64,000 nucleotides of DNA from Marinimicrobium sp. (lineage in GTDB: Bacteria; Pseudomonadota; Gammaproteobacteria; Pseudomonadales; Cellvibrionaceae): positions 118,316-182,315 of the forward strand of contig JBJHDF010000004.1 in NCBI GenBank assembly GCA_050486405.1, written 5' to 3'. Positions 46,146 to 56,333 of the stretch are shown piece after piece. The first letter of the stretch is position 1. Every line of letters begins with the position of its first letter. Below the pieces are notes generated by a model. That model was not told the origin of the DNA and searched no databases. It worked only from the letters and a program-made list of their open reading frames with translations. The translations under genes and the position numbers were made by a program.

Positions 46146-46781
46146 TTGGTCGCCGTCTCATTGACACCACAATTGAAAAACGTGGATGAGTTTCTCAGCC
46201 ACTGCCACCGCCGCCGCTATCCGGCCAAAAGCACCATCATCTACGCCGGAGACAAAAGTGACTCGCTCTACTACATAGTACGTGGCTCGGTCACCGTGTT
46301 GATCGAGGACGACGAAGGCCGCGAGATGATCGTCGCCTACCTGAACGACGGCGACTTTTTCGGTGAAATGGGTCTGTTTGATGCCCAGGACTCCCGCAGC
46401 GCCTGGGTGCGGGCCAAGTCCGAGTGCGAGGTGGCGGAAATCAGCTATGGCAAGTTCCAGGAGCTGTCCACCAGCCACCCGGAATTCCTCTTCGCCCTGA
46501 GCACCCAGATGGCCCAGCGCCTGCGCAACACCACCCGCAAGGTGGGCGACCTGGCGTTCCTCGATGTCACCGGACGCGTGGCCCGTACCCTGCTGGACCT
46601 GAGCAAGGAGCCGGACGCCATGACCCATCCGGACGGCATGCAGATCAAGATCACCCGCCAGGAGATCGGTCGCATCGTCGGCTGCTCCCGGGAGATGGTG
46701 GGACGGGTACTGAAAACCCTGGAAGAACAGGGGTTGGTGGCAGTCAAGGGCAAGACAATGGTAGTCTACGGCACCCGTTGA
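46146..46781 (+). CDS. crp: cAMP receptor protein (CRP/Vfr)
   Basis: 211 aa with a TTG start. [36 protein letters not shown] is near-colinear with Vfr. C-terminal [23 protein letters not shown]. Confidence 0.92.
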   Translation: MVAVSLTPQLKNVDEFLSHCHRRRYPAKSTIIYAGDKSDSLYYIVRGSVTVLIEDDEGREMIVAYLNDGDFFGEMGLFDAQDSRSAWVRAKSECEVAEISYGKFQELSTSHPEFLFALSTQMAQRLRNTTRKVGDLAFLDVTGRVARTLLDLSKEPDAMTHPDGMQIKITRQEIGRIVGCSREMVGRVLKTLEEQGLVAVKGKTMVVYGTR

Positions 46782-46799
46782 AACGCACTGTAGCCGCCC

Positions 46800-47669
46800 T
46801 TGTCCGCAAAACTGTTACTCACCACCAACCGCAACGCCCCAGGCAGTGCCCTGGAACACGAGCTGGAACGTGAATCCTTCAATCTCTGCCTGCCGGAGCC
46901 AGATACCGACTGGGCGAATCCGGCCAGCGTGGCCCAGTGCCTCGCCCGGCACAAACCCGATGTGGTGATCAACTGCCTGGGCTGGGCCAATCGTCCGGAT
47001 GAAGCCCAGCGCTCGCTGCTTACCCAGGCGGCGGAAAATCTCGCCCACCACTGTGGCGGCACCCCTCTGATTCACCTCTCCAGCTATCGGGTCTTTGGCG
47101 GCGACAATAAGAGCAGCCACAGCGAGCGGGATCCCACCGGCCCCAACAGTGAGGCCGGTGTGGCCTTTCTGGCGGCGGAGCAGGCCCTGGCGTCCTCCCT
47201 GGACAAGTGGCTGGCGCTGCGCCTGAGCTGGGTGGTGAGCAGCTACGAAGACAATCTGCTGACCCGGCTGCTCTCGGATCTGGCGGAAAGCCGGCCGCTG
47301 CGACTCAACAAGCGCCTGCGGGGCGCCCCCACCCCGCTATCGGATGTGGCCCGGGTGGTAGTGGCCATTGTCAAGCAAGTGACCTGCGGCGCGGAAAACT
47401 GGGGCGTGCTGCAGTACTGCAGTAGCGACGCCTGCAACCAGGCGGAGTTTGGCCGCCAACTGCTGGCCACGCTACAGCAGCAGGACCTGCTCTCCTCGGA
47501 GCCGGAGGTGGACGAGGTGGACGAGATGGATGAGGGAGAGCCGGTCAGCGCGGTGCTGAGCATTAGGCGCTGCCGGGACTGTTTCGGCGTCCAGCCCCGG
47601 AGCTGGCGGCCCAGCCTGCTGCCCATGATCAAGCAGTGGCTGCACAACAACCCCGGAGCCAGGTTTTAG
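46800..47669 (+). CDS. RmlD-like (sugar-nucleotide reductase fold) protein with degenerate N-terminal nucleotide loop
   Basis: 289 aa with a TTG start (uncertain). Overall RmlD substrate-binding-domain pattern, but the GxxGxxG position reads TTNRNAPGS. Confidence 0.45.
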   Translation: MSAKLLLTTNRNAPGSALEHELERESFNLCLPEPDTDWANPASVAQCLARHKPDVVINCLGWANRPDEAQRSLLTQAAENLAHHCGGTPLIHLSSYRVFGGDNKSSHSERDPTGPNSEAGVAFLAAEQALASSLDKWLALRLSWVVSSYEDNLLTRLLSDLAESRPLRLNKRLRGAPTPLSDVARVVVAIVKQVTCGAENWGVLQYCSSDACNQAEFGRQLLATLQQQDLLSSEPEVDEVDEMDEGEPVSAVLSIRRCRDCFGVQPRSWRPSLLPMIKQWLHNNPGARF

Positions 47670-47783
47670 TAACCCGGCAATAACAGGCAATTGCTCCTGC
47701 ATTGCCTGCAGAGCCTGCCCCGCGAGCGAAGCGAGTGCATTGGGCATACATGCCATCCTTGGCAATAAACATTGCCGGGTTAC
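47669..47783. repeat. 115-bp MITE-like element with perfect 13-bp terminal inverted repeats
   Basis: gtaacccggcaat (47669-47681) / attgccgggttac (47771-47783). Contains repeat copy B (47709-47745). Followed by more GC-rich hairpins up to about 47880. Confidence 0.7.
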
Positions 47784-47917
47784 TGCGGCGCACGGATGCG
47801 CCGCCGCCGGGCGAAGCCCGGTCGCAAGCCCTCGAAATGTCAGGAATTCCGCGTAATTCCGCCAGCATTTCAAGGGCGCCAATTAAATAGATCAGGACGA
47901 TATATTTAATTGTTAGG

Positions 47918-49132
47918 TTAAGAGACGCGCTGGAACACCAAACAGGCGTTGGTGCCGCCAAAGCCGAAGCTGTTGGACATGACCCGATTCAGAGTCACTC
48001 CGTCGCGCCGCTCCAGCACAATGGGTACGCTGGCCGCTTCCGGGTCCAGCTCTTCGATATTGGCCGAGGCACAGATAAAGTCGTTTGCCATCATCAGCAG
48101 GCAGTAGATGGCCTCCTGGACCCCCGTGGCACCCAGGGAGTGGCCGGCCAGGGACTTGGTGGAGCTGATGGCGGGAATCTTGTCGCCGAAGGTGGCACGC
48201 ACCGCCTTGAGCTCGGCCAGATCACCCACAGGCGTGCTGGTGCCGTGGGAGTTGATGTAGTCGACATCGCCTTCCACCGTGGCCAGCGCCTGCCGCATGC
48301 AGCGAATGGCGCCTTCGCCGGAGGGAGCCACCATGTCGTAACCGTCGGAGTTGGCGCCGTAACCCACCACTTCACCGTAGATTTTTGCACCACGTGCCTT
48401 GGCGTGCTCCAGTTCCTCTAGCACCAGACAACCACCGCCACCGGCGATGACAAAGCCGTCGCGGGCCGCGTCATAGGCCCGGGATGCCTTGTCCGGCGTC
48501 TCGTTGTACTTGGTGGAAAGGGCGCCCATGGCGTCGAACAGGCAGGTCTGGGTCCAGTGTTCCTCTTCACCGCCACCGGCGAAGACGATGTCCTGCTTGC
48601 CCAGTTGGATCTGCTCCACCGCATTGCCGATACAGTGGGCACTGGTGGCGCAGGCGGAGGAAATGGAATAGTTGATGCCCTTGATCTTGAAGGGAGTGGC
48701 CAGACAGGCGGAAGTGGTGCTGCCCATGGTTTGGGTCACCCGGTAAGGCCCGATGCGCTTGAGACCGCGCTCGCGCAGTATATCGGCCGCCTCTACCAGA
48801 TTATGGGAGGAGGCGCCGCCGGAGCCCATGATGATACCGGTGCGCTCGTTGGAGATCTCCGCCTCGCCCAGCCCGGCGTCCTCAATGGCGCGGGCCATGG
48901 AAACATAGGCAAAGGCCGCCGCATCGCCCATAAAGCGCAACACCTTGCGGTCGATGACCTCCTGCAGATCCAGATCGATGGAACCTGCCACATGGCTGCG
49001 AAAGCCCAGCTCCTTGTAGACTTCCTGGTACTTGATACCGGAACGCCCGGTACGCAGTGCGTCCAGCACAGTGGCAATATCATTACCCAGGCAGGAAACG
49101 ATCCCCATCCCGGTAACTACAACGCGCTTCAT
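47918..49132 (-). CDS. fabB: 3-oxoacyl-ACP synthase I
   Basis: 404 aa. Active-site SSACATS, HGTSTP and GHSLGA motifs. Downstream of fabA. Confidence 0.92.
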   Translation of the reverse strand: MKRVVVTGMGIVSCLGNDIATVLDALRTGRSGIKYQEVYKELGFRSHVAGSIDLDLQEVIDRKVLRFMGDAAAFAYVSMARAIEDAGLGEAEISNERTGIIMGSGGASSHNLVEAADILRERGLKRIGPYRVTQTMGSTTSACLATPFKIKGINYSISSACATSAHCIGNAVEQIQLGKQDIVFAGGGEEEHWTQTCLFDAMGALSTKYNETPDKASRAYDAARDGFVIAGGGGCLVLEELEHAKARGAKIYGEVVGYGANSDGYDMVAPSGEGAIRCMRQALATVEGDVDYINSHGTSTPVGDLAELKAVRATFGDKIPAISSTKSLAGHSLGATGVQEAIYCLLMMANDFICASANIEELDPEAASVPIVLERRDGVTLNRVMSNSFGFGGTNACLVFQRVS

Positions 49133-49265
49133 AGGCTACCTCTTGTCTATTGCTCTGAGCCTGTCTGTTGGATCAAGAAAACGGCAGTCATTATGCCACA
49201 GCACTGCCACCCCAGGCGCAGATCGCGTGCTTTCGACAGATGGCTGTCGCATAAGTGCCGCAGTT

Positions 49266-49790
49266 TCAGAAGTTGTCGGTGTTCTTGAACAGGCCGACCC
49301 GCAAGTCCTTAGCGAAATAGATATCCTTGCCATCGACCGACACCCGGCCATCGGCAATACCCATAATCAGCTTGCGCTCGATGACCCGTTTCAGGTTGAT
49401 ATGGTAGGTTATCTGCCGGGCCGTAGGCAGTATCTGGCCGGTGAATTTTACCTCGCCACAGCCAAGGGCACGGCCGCGACCGGGGTTGCCTTTCCAGGCG
49501 AGAAAGAAGCCCACCAACTGCCACATGGCGTCCAGACCCAGACAGCCGGGCATCACCGGGTCGCCGGGAAAGTGGCAGTCGAAGAACCACAGGTCCGGGG
49601 AGATATCCAGCTCGGCGACAATTTCGCCCTTGTTGAACTCACCGCCCTGCTCGCTGATATGGGCCACCCGGTCCAGCATCAACATATTGGGCACCGGCAA
49701 CTGGGCGTTGCCCGGGCCAAACAGGCGGCCGTGGCCACATTCCAGCAGTTCATCGCGGCTGTAAGTGCTTTTCTTGTCAAAGGCGGTCAT
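49266..49790 (-). CDS. fabA: 3-hydroxydecanoyl-ACP dehydratase/isomerase
   Basis: 174 aa from ATG 49790. Near-colinear with E. coli FabA ([39 protein letters not shown]). Confidence 0.94.
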   Translation of the reverse strand: MTAFDKKSTYSRDELLECGHGRLFGPGNAQLPVPNMLMLDRVAHISEQGGEFNKGEIVAELDISPDLWFFDCHFPGDPVMPGCLGLDAMWQLVGFFLAWKGNPGRGRALGCGEVKFTGQILPTARQITYHINLKRVIERKLIMGIADGRVSVDGKDIYFAKDLRVGLFKNTDNF

Positions 49791-49894
49791 CAATTCGTCT
49801 CGGTAGTCTGTCCTTGGTGGCCCCGGTTCCGGGCGCCGGCAAAGGTGGCCATTCTACCCTCTGGCCGGCGCATGTCCAGCACCTATGCGCGCTG

Positions 49895-50854
49895 TCAGAA
49901 GTCGCGGTTGAGGGAAAACTCGGCCATCTGAGCCATGGCGCGGGTGTATATGTTGTCCGGCAGCGCCTCCAGGGCCTTGAGCGCCAGATCCACCTGCTCC
50001 CGGGCGGCGGCCAGGGTGTAGTCCAGAGCGCCGGTACTGCCGACTATCTCCAGCACCGGCCGCAGCGCCCCCACATCACCGTTGGTCAGGGCTCCGGCAA
50101 TCAATGCCCGCTGCTTCTCAGAACCCACCGCCATGGCCCGAATCAGGGGCAGCGTGGGCCGCCCCTCGGCCAGATCATCGCCGGGATTCTTGCCCAGCTC
50201 CGCCGCCTCGCCCGAGTAGTCCAGGGCGTCGTCCACCAGCTGGAACGCCATGCCCAGATGCCGCCCAAACCGCCTGAGCGCCTCGCGCTGCCCGGCCGCG
50301 CCCGCCAACAGGCCGGCCACCTCGCAGGCGGCAGCGAACAGCACGGCGGTTTTCTTGTCGATCACCGCATAGTAGTCGTCTTCTGTGACATTGGGATTTT
50401 TGGCGTTGACCAGTTGCTGCACCTCGCCTTCGGCAATGAGATTGGTGGTGTCGGACAGCACCGCCATGATCTCCATGTCGCCGATCTCCACCATCATCTG
50501 GAAGGCCCGGGAGTAGAGAAAGTCACCCACCAGCACACTGGGCGCGTTGCCCCAGCGGGCGTTGGCCGTGGCCCGGCCCCGGCGCAGGCTGGAGGCATCC
50601 ACCACATCGTCGTGCAACAGGGTGGCGGTATGGATAAATTCGATAATAGCCGCCAAACTCAGGTGATCCCGCCCGGTGTAATCCAGCCCCCGGGCGGTAA
50701 GCAGCACCATCAAAGGGCGCAACCGCTTGCCACCGGCTTCCACCAGATACTGGCCAATGTTTTCCACCAGTTCCACATCGGACGACAGCCGCTGAACAAT
50801 CAACTGATTGACGGCGACAAAATCATCGGCGACGATCTGGTGGAAGGGCAACAT
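49895..50854 (-). CDS. ispB: Octaprenyl-diphosphate synthase
   Basis: 319 aa. DDVVD and DDALD aspartate-rich motifs. Confidence 0.9.
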   Translation of the reverse strand: MLPFHQIVADDFVAVNQLIVQRLSSDVELVENIGQYLVEAGGKRLRPLMVLLTARGLDYTGRDHLSLAAIIEFIHTATLLHDDVVDASSLRRGRATANARWGNAPSVLVGDFLYSRAFQMMVEIGDMEIMAVLSDTTNLIAEGEVQQLVNAKNPNVTEDDYYAVIDKKTAVLFAAACEVAGLLAGAAGQREALRRFGRHLGMAFQLVDDALDYSGEAAELGKNPGDDLAEGRPTLPLIRAMAVGSEKQRALIAGALTNGDVGALRPVLEIVGSTGALDYTLAAAREQVDLALKALEALPDNIYTRAMAQMAEFSLNRDF

Positions 50855-50998
50855 GGCAGGGGTATCCGCGACCGCTAAAAAGGCAGGCCATCCTAGGCAG
50901 CCCGGTGGGGGCTGTCAAGAACCCCGGGGCCTCAGACCGCTCGCCACAGCCGACCAGCCCGCACTTGGCACAACACCAACAATAAACAGGGCTCCACT

Positions 50999-51351
50999 AT
51001 GACCGACCCCAAAATCCTATTCTGGGCCATCACCGTGGCCCTGGGCGGCTTTCTGTTCGGCTTCGACACTGCCTCATCTCCGGGGCCGAACAGGCCATAC
51101 AGCGCCAATGGGGGCTATCCAACGCCCTGGTGGGGCAAATGGTGGCCATGGCCCTCTACGGCACATCGCCGGCAGCCTTTCCCTACTTTGCCGGACTGCT
51201 CGGCGGCGCCCCTATCTTTGCCTTCTTTGTGCTGATGATGGTGCTGCAACTGCTGTTTGTGCGCTACCTGATGCCGGAGACCAAAGGGGTATTGCCGGAA
51301 GAACTGGAAGAGAAACTCACCGGCCGGTCCCGCCCCGGCGGGCTCCAATGA
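50999..51351 (+). pseudogene. Relic of an MFS sugar-porter gene (frameshift plus large internal deletion)
   Basis: Frame 1 gives MTDPKILFWAITVALGGFLFGFDTA. After a 1-nt shift the text continues ISGAEQAIQRQWGLSNALVGQMVAMALYGT and then jumps directly to a last-TM/C-terminal PETKG..LEE motif. About 117 codons remain versus about 470 expected. Confidence 0.7.
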
Positions 51352-51400
51352 AGAGGTCGAGAAAATCGACCAGTTGCTGGTCTTTGCCCTAGGTTTCTAT

Positions 51401-51428
51401 AAAAAACCCGGCCGGAGCCGGGTTTTTT
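51401..51428. terminator. Bidirectional rho-independent terminator
   Basis: AAAAAA-cccggc-cgga-gccggg-TTTTTT, between the convergent MFS relic and the MFS transporter gene. Confidence 0.8.
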
Positions 51429-51453
51429 CTGGTCTATCAATGCTTCAGACGGA

Positions 51454-53016
51454 TCACGCCGAACCGGGACCGGACTCGGTGGAACCCAGCCGCACGGCAC
51501 GATAGCCGCCGCGCTTGCTGTCGTAGAAGAACATCAGGGCAAAGAACAGGGCCACGATCAGAGCCACCGGCGCCACCCAGCGGAAGGCCATGCGGCCGCC
51601 GTAGTTGTCAGCGGGTCGCAGCACACTGGTGGCTTCGTCGACCAGTGTCTGCTCCTGCGCCACGCCAGCGGTCTGCAGGGCGCGCAGGGCGTTGCCCGTG
51701 AGGCTGCCGTCCAGTTCACCTCGGGTACGATAATGCTCCAGAGCAGCCGCCGTATGATTGATGGCATTGGCAACATCGGGGCCACGGAAACCCAGCTCCG
51801 CCAAGGCGTCCAGGTCGCCTGCCACAGCCTCAGCCCGACTTACATAGTGGGGGAAGCGCGCCTCCACCTGCTCCAGAATGGCCACAGTGCGCTGCTCGTC
51901 CAGGGCATCGGGCATATAGCCGTCAGCCACCCTGCCCATCTGGCCCATTAGGGTACCAGAAGCGGCCATACCAGCGCCGATCATCAGCACTATGCCCACG
52001 GAACCGGCCTTGGGGAAGCGCTCACTCATCAGACCCACCATGGTGGGGAAAAAGAAAGCCACGCCAAAGGCAAAGACGGTGGCGGCAAAGAGCAGTTTGA
52101 CCATGCCGGTTTCAAACACGGAGAACAGAATCAGTCCCAGGCCAGTCAACACCGCCGCGCAGAACAGCATGCCGGTAGGCGCCAGACGCTCCACAAAGGG
52201 CCCGGCGAACAAGCGCAGCACCACCATCCAGCCACTCAACCAGGCGAACACCAGCAGACCGTGCATGCCGGCATTCTGCAGCACGTCCGGAATCCAGCGC
52301 ATGGGACCCAACTCCAGAGACAGCGTAACCATCTTGATCAGGATCAGCAGAATCACGATGGGGTGAGTCAGTGTGTAGCGCAGGATTTCCGCGACCGGCA
52401 CACCCGCCTCGGCGGTTTCCGTCTTGGGAAATTTCAACGGCAGGATCATGGCCCCGTAAATCACAATGGGGATGTACATGATGGCGATATGCGTCGTCCA
52501 GTGCACTTGCGCAATGGCCGCCCCGAGCAGGGCCCCCACCACCATGCCGCCTGGGAAAAAGGCGTGAAAGTGATTGAGCTTGACGGTTTTGCGATCCGGG
52601 TAGAGAGCCGCAGTCAATGGGTTGCCCGCCGCCTCGATCAGGCCGTTGCCGATACCCAGGAAGATGGCGCCGGCGGCCAGCACCATGGGGCCGGTGGGTG
52701 TGCCGGCAAAGGGATAGGCTGCCAGCAACAGGGTCACCCCCACCAGGTGGCCGACAAAAGCGCCGGCCGCAGCCGCACGCAGGCCGATCTTTTCCAGAAA
52801 GGGAGCGACGGCGATCAGCGACAGCGCCATACCCCAGAGGACGGCGCCACCGATAAAGCCGATATGCGCGTTGGTCAAAACAAACTCGGTTTTCAACTGC
52901 CCCAATACCCCACCGAGCACGGCGAAGGAAAAGGCTGTGGGAAAAAGCGCCAGGCAAATCCCGGCAAATAATCTGAATCGATGAACGCCGTTGACGTCCG
53001 CAGCTGCAATAGTCAT
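51454..53016 (-). CDS. MFS transporter with about 110-aa C-terminal extension
   Basis: 520 aa from ATG 53016. Twelve hydrophobic segments, then a soluble helical segment and a final TM. Last gene of the sugar-type operon. Confidence 0.75.
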   Translation of the reverse strand: MTIAAADVNGVHRFRLFAGICLALFPTAFSFAVLGGVLGQLKTEFVLTNAHIGFIGGAVLWGMALSLIAVAPFLEKIGLRAAAAGAFVGHLVGVTLLLAAYPFAGTPTGPMVLAAGAIFLGIGNGLIEAAGNPLTAALYPDRKTVKLNHFHAFFPGGMVVGALLGAAIAQVHWTTHIAIMYIPIVIYGAMILPLKFPKTETAEAGVPVAEILRYTLTHPIVILLILIKMVTLSLELGPMRWIPDVLQNAGMHGLLVFAWLSGWMVVLRLFAGPFVERLAPTGMLFCAAVLTGLGLILFSVFETGMVKLLFAATVFAFGVAFFFPTMVGLMSERFPKAGSVGIVLMIGAGMAASGTLMGQMGRVADGYMPDALDEQRTVAILEQVEARFPHYVSRAEAVAGDLDALAELGFRGPDVANAINHTAAALEHYRTRGELDGSLTGNALRALQTAGVAQEQTLVDEATSVLRPADNYGGRMAFRWVAPVALIVALFFALMFFYDSKRGGYRAVRLGSTESGPGSA

Positions 53017-53071
53017 AAGGTGGTCCTCAGTTTTATTGTTAACCCCCGCCCGAGGTGGGCGGGAGGTATTG

Positions 53072-54217
53072 TTACAAGGGTGTCCAGCGGCCGTCGGCTT
53101 CCGACGAACGCAACACCGCATCGATAAAACGCATGCCCGTAACACCGGTTTCTATACCGGGAATCCAGGGCTCAATGGAGTGTTTCTCTCCCTTGCGCCT
53201 GGCCACCAGTACATCGGCGACATCGGTGTACAAGTTGGCAAAGGCTTCCAGATAACCCTCGGGGTGGCCGAAGGGGATGCGGATGCCCCGCGCGGTCACC
53301 TCGCTGTCGATGATGTCATCGCGGCGGGTAATGCGCTGGTGATGCCCGGCCAGGGGCGTCAGCCACATTTCGTTGGGCTTCTCCTGCGCCCATTCCAGAC
53401 CGGCCTTGTCACCGAAAATACGAATACGCAGGCCGTTCTCGCAACCCGGCGCCACCTGGCTGCTCCAGAGCATGCCCTTGGCGCCGCCTTCGAAACGCAG
53501 CATGGCGTGGACATTGTCGTCCACCTGACGGCCCTCGACAAAGGCGGTCAGATCGGCGCTGACCGACTGCAACTGCAAGCCGCTCATAAAGCTGGCCAGT
53601 TGGAAGGCGTGGGTGCCGATATCACCCAGACAGCCGGCCTTGCCGGAGCGGTTGGGATCGGTGCGCCAGGCCGCCTGTTTGTTGTCGGCATCGGCCGGCT
53701 GGGTCAGCCACTCCTGGGGGTATTCCACCTGCACCAGACGCACCCGGCCCAGTTCGCCGCGCTCGATCAGCTCGCGGCCATAACGCACCAGTGGGTAACC
53801 GCTGTAGTTGTGCGTCAGGGCAAAAAAGGCATCACTGCGGGCGGCAACCTCCCGCAACTCCAGCGCCTCTTCCAGCGTGCGGGTCACCGGCTTGTCGCAG
53901 ATAACGTTGATGCCCGCCTCCAGCGCCGCCTTGGCCACGGGGAAGTGCATATGGTTCGGCGTGACGATGGACACCGCCTCTATACCGTCGTCCCGCTGGG
54001 ATTCAGCCTTGAACATCTCTTCATAGGAGCCGTAGGAGCGCTCCGGCGCTATGTGCAAATCATCGGCCGAAGCCTTGGCGTTTTCCGGGTTGGAGGACAG
54101 GGCCCCGGCCACCAGTTGGTAGCGATCGTCGATGCGGGCAGCAATGCGGTGCACGGCGCCGATAAAGGCGCCACGACCGCCACCCACCATACCCAGGCGA
54201 ATGCGCGGCTCAGCCAT
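53072..54217 (-). CDS. Gfo/Idh/MocA-family NAD(P)-dependent oxidoreductase
   Basis: 381 aa. N-terminal Rossmann RLGMVGGGRGAFIG, EKP-like CDKP motif. Confidence 0.8.
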   Translation of the reverse strand: MAEPRIRLGMVGGGRGAFIGAVHRIAARIDDRYQLVAGALSSNPENAKASADDLHIAPERSYGSYEEMFKAESQRDDGIEAVSIVTPNHMHFPVAKAALEAGINVICDKPVTRTLEEALELREVAARSDAFFALTHNYSGYPLVRYGRELIERGELGRVRLVQVEYPQEWLTQPADADNKQAAWRTDPNRSGKAGCLGDIGTHAFQLASFMSGLQLQSVSADLTAFVEGRQVDDNVHAMLRFEGGAKGMLWSSQVAPGCENGLRIRIFGDKAGLEWAQEKPNEMWLTPLAGHHQRITRRDDIIDSEVTARGIRIPFGHPEGYLEAFANLYTDVADVLVARRKGEKHSIEPWIPGIETGVTGMRFIDAVLRSSEADGRWTPL

Positions 54218-55281
54218 CAGGCACCTCCTTTCAGGCCGAGAATACGGCGGTTGGCTTCGTGGTCGGTTCCACCCGAGGCGAAGTCGTCAAAGGCCTTCTC
54301 GGTAACCCGAATGATGTGTTCGTTGACGAATTTGACGCCCTCCTCGGCACCGGCCTCGGGGTGCTTGAGGCAGCATTCCCATTCGATCACCGCCCAACCG
54401 TCAAAGTCGTAGGCGGTGAGCTTGGAGAAAATCGCCTTGAAGTCCACCTGACCATCGCCGAGGGAACGGAAGCGACCGGCGCGCTCCACCCAGCCCTCGT
54501 AGCCGCCGTAGACGCCCTGGGCCGCCGTGGGATTGAACTCGGCGTCCTTGACGTGGAACATCTTGATGCGCTCGTGGTAGCGGTCGATAAACGCCAGATA
54601 GTCCAACTGCTGCAACACAAAGTGGCTGGGGTCGTAGAGGATGTGGCAGCGCGGGTGGTTGTCCACCTCCTTCAGGAAACGCTCGAAGGTGGCGCCGTCG
54701 TGCAGATCCTCGCCGGGGTGGATCTCGTAGCAGACGTCCACGCCGACCTTGTCGAAGGCGTCCAGGATGGGCCGCCAGCGCTTGGCCAGTTCCTTGAAGC
54801 CGGCATCCACCAGGCCTGCGGGCCGCTGGGGCCAAGGGTAGACAAAGGGCCAGAGCAGGGCGCCGGAGAAGGTCACATGGGCAGTCAGGCCCAGGTTTTT
54901 GCTGGCCTTGGCCGCCAGCATCAGTTGGTTCACCGCCCACTTCTGCCTGGCGTCGGGGTTCTTGTGCACCTCCGGCGGCGCAAAACCGTCGAACATCTCG
55001 TCGTAGGCCGGGTGCACGGCCACCAGTTGGCCCTGCAGGTGGGTGGACAGTTCGGTGACCACTAGGCCGTTTTTGGCCAGGGTCGCCTTCACTTCATCGC
55101 AATAGGCCTGGCTCTCGGCGGCCTTTTCCAGGTCAAAGATGCGCTTGTCCCAGGAAGGGATCTGTACGCCCTTGAAACCCAGACCACCGGCCCAGGCGGC
55201 AATATTCTCCAGGGTGTTAAAAGGGGGATCATCGCTGCAGAACTGCGCCAAAAAGAGCGCAGGGCCTTTCATCGTCTTCAT
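54217..55281 (-). CDS. Xylose-isomerase-like TIM-barrel protein (sugar phosphate isomerase/epimerase family)
   Basis: 354 aa. Family pattern around YEIHPGEDLHDG. Its stop shares 1 nt with the downstream oxidoreductase ATG. Confidence 0.75.
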   Translation of the reverse strand: MKTMKGPALFLAQFCSDDPPFNTLENIAAWAGGLGFKGVQIPSWDKRIFDLEKAAESQAYCDEVKATLAKNGLVVTELSTHLQGQLVAVHPAYDEMFDGFAPPEVHKNPDARQKWAVNQLMLAAKASKNLGLTAHVTFSGALLWPFVYPWPQRPAGLVDAGFKELAKRWRPILDAFDKVGVDVCYEIHPGEDLHDGATFERFLKEVDNHPRCHILYDPSHFVLQQLDYLAFIDRYHERIKMFHVKDAEFNPTAAQGVYGGYEGWVERAGRFRSLGDGQVDFKAIFSKLTAYDFDGWAVIEWECCLKHPEAGAEEGVKFVNEHIIRVTEKAFDDFASGGTDHEANRRILGLKGGA

Positions 55282-55482
55282 TTTGTTCTCCTGTCAGTAC
55301 TTGGTTTCTGGAAGCGGTCGGACCGTTCCGCCATCAGTACCCGATGGGGTTGGCCGGATTATGGCATTATTCAGCGCAATTCTCTAACGCCCGGGCGGGA
55401 GCGCCGACCAAATTTTTGTAAAGTTATATATAAAAACACTTTTATATAAGGACTGCAAGAAAGGGTAGTCAGAGTAGCGCCA

Positions 55483-56274
55483 TCAGGGCGGGTCCGGGAC
55501 ATAGCCATACCAGGCACTGCCCGGGGGATCGCCGTACAGACGCTGGCGGATCTTGAAGTGCAGCTGGTTACCCCAGTCGTAGTGCCAGTAGACAAAGGGA
55601 TCATTGGTAAAGCCCTGGCTCTGCATGCCGTAGTGCAGCAGCCGACGGTTCTGCAGGCGCGGGTCTTCCGGGGACAACTCCCCGGCGTCCAACTGCCGCT
55701 CGAAATAGTCGTTGGCACTCTCGGGTACCAGGCTTTCAAACTGCGCGCCCATATCCACCTGGCGCCCGGTGACGGTGTCGCGCAGAGTGATGTCCACGGC
55801 ACCGCCGTTGCTGTGGGAGGGCCAGGTGCGCGAATCCCGGGGGTCAAAGTGCGTGGGGTCCACCAGGTACTTCAGCGCGTGGCAGCGCTGCGCCTCCGGA
55901 CTGGCGCCCGGATACAGGCGACGGGCCTGGGCTCGGTAAAAGGTCCAGAGGCCCCGCTGGCAGTCGATGGAACGATAGCCATCCAACACCAGCAATTCCC
56001 GCCCATGGGGTGCCAGCAGCCGGTTGACCTGCACCAGCTTCTCCGCCACAGAGCGCCGGATCCAGACGTCCGGCCGGCTGCCCGCCACCGGGCCGTGGTA
56101 GGGCGGGTTGGCGCCATCACGTCGGGCATGGTAGCAGCGACAGGCGACGCCGTAGTCGTCCAGGCGCACCAGAGGCTCCGGATGCAGCGGGTGGTCCGAA
56201 GCCACCGGAATGCCGTGGTAACTGCCGGCGTACTGCGCCCGCTCCACTATGGGAATACGGTAGTTCTTGAGCAT
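55483..56274 (-). CDS. M15-family D-Ala-D-Ala dipeptidase-like zinc peptidase (VanX/DdpX-like)
   Basis: 263 aa from ATG 56274. DGYRSIDCQ, SHSNGGAVDITL and WHYDWG resemble the VanX SxHxxGxAxD and His motifs. Confidence 0.65.
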   Translation of the reverse strand: MLKNYRIPIVERAQYAGSYHGIPVASDHPLHPEPLVRLDDYGVACRCYHARRDGANPPYHGPVAGSRPDVWIRRSVAEKLVQVNRLLAPHGRELLVLDGYRSIDCQRGLWTFYRAQARRLYPGASPEAQRCHALKYLVDPTHFDPRDSRTWPSHSNGGAVDITLRDTVTGRQVDMGAQFESLVPESANDYFERQLDAGELSPEDPRLQNRRLLHYGMQSQGFTNDPFVYWHYDWGNQLHFKIRQRLYGDPPGSAWYGYVPDPP

Positions 56275-56333
56275 ACTTGCAGGGTTGCCCGCCGCCGGTG
56301 AAATACCGGCGCCGGGAAACACCCCTGGCCCGG

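Noticed and set aside
51108-51392. Short ORFs (73-94 aa) around 51100-51400 treated as independent small genes.
   Set aside because: They are alternative frames of the degraded MFS sugar-porter relic. The only family-like text reads across a frameshift.
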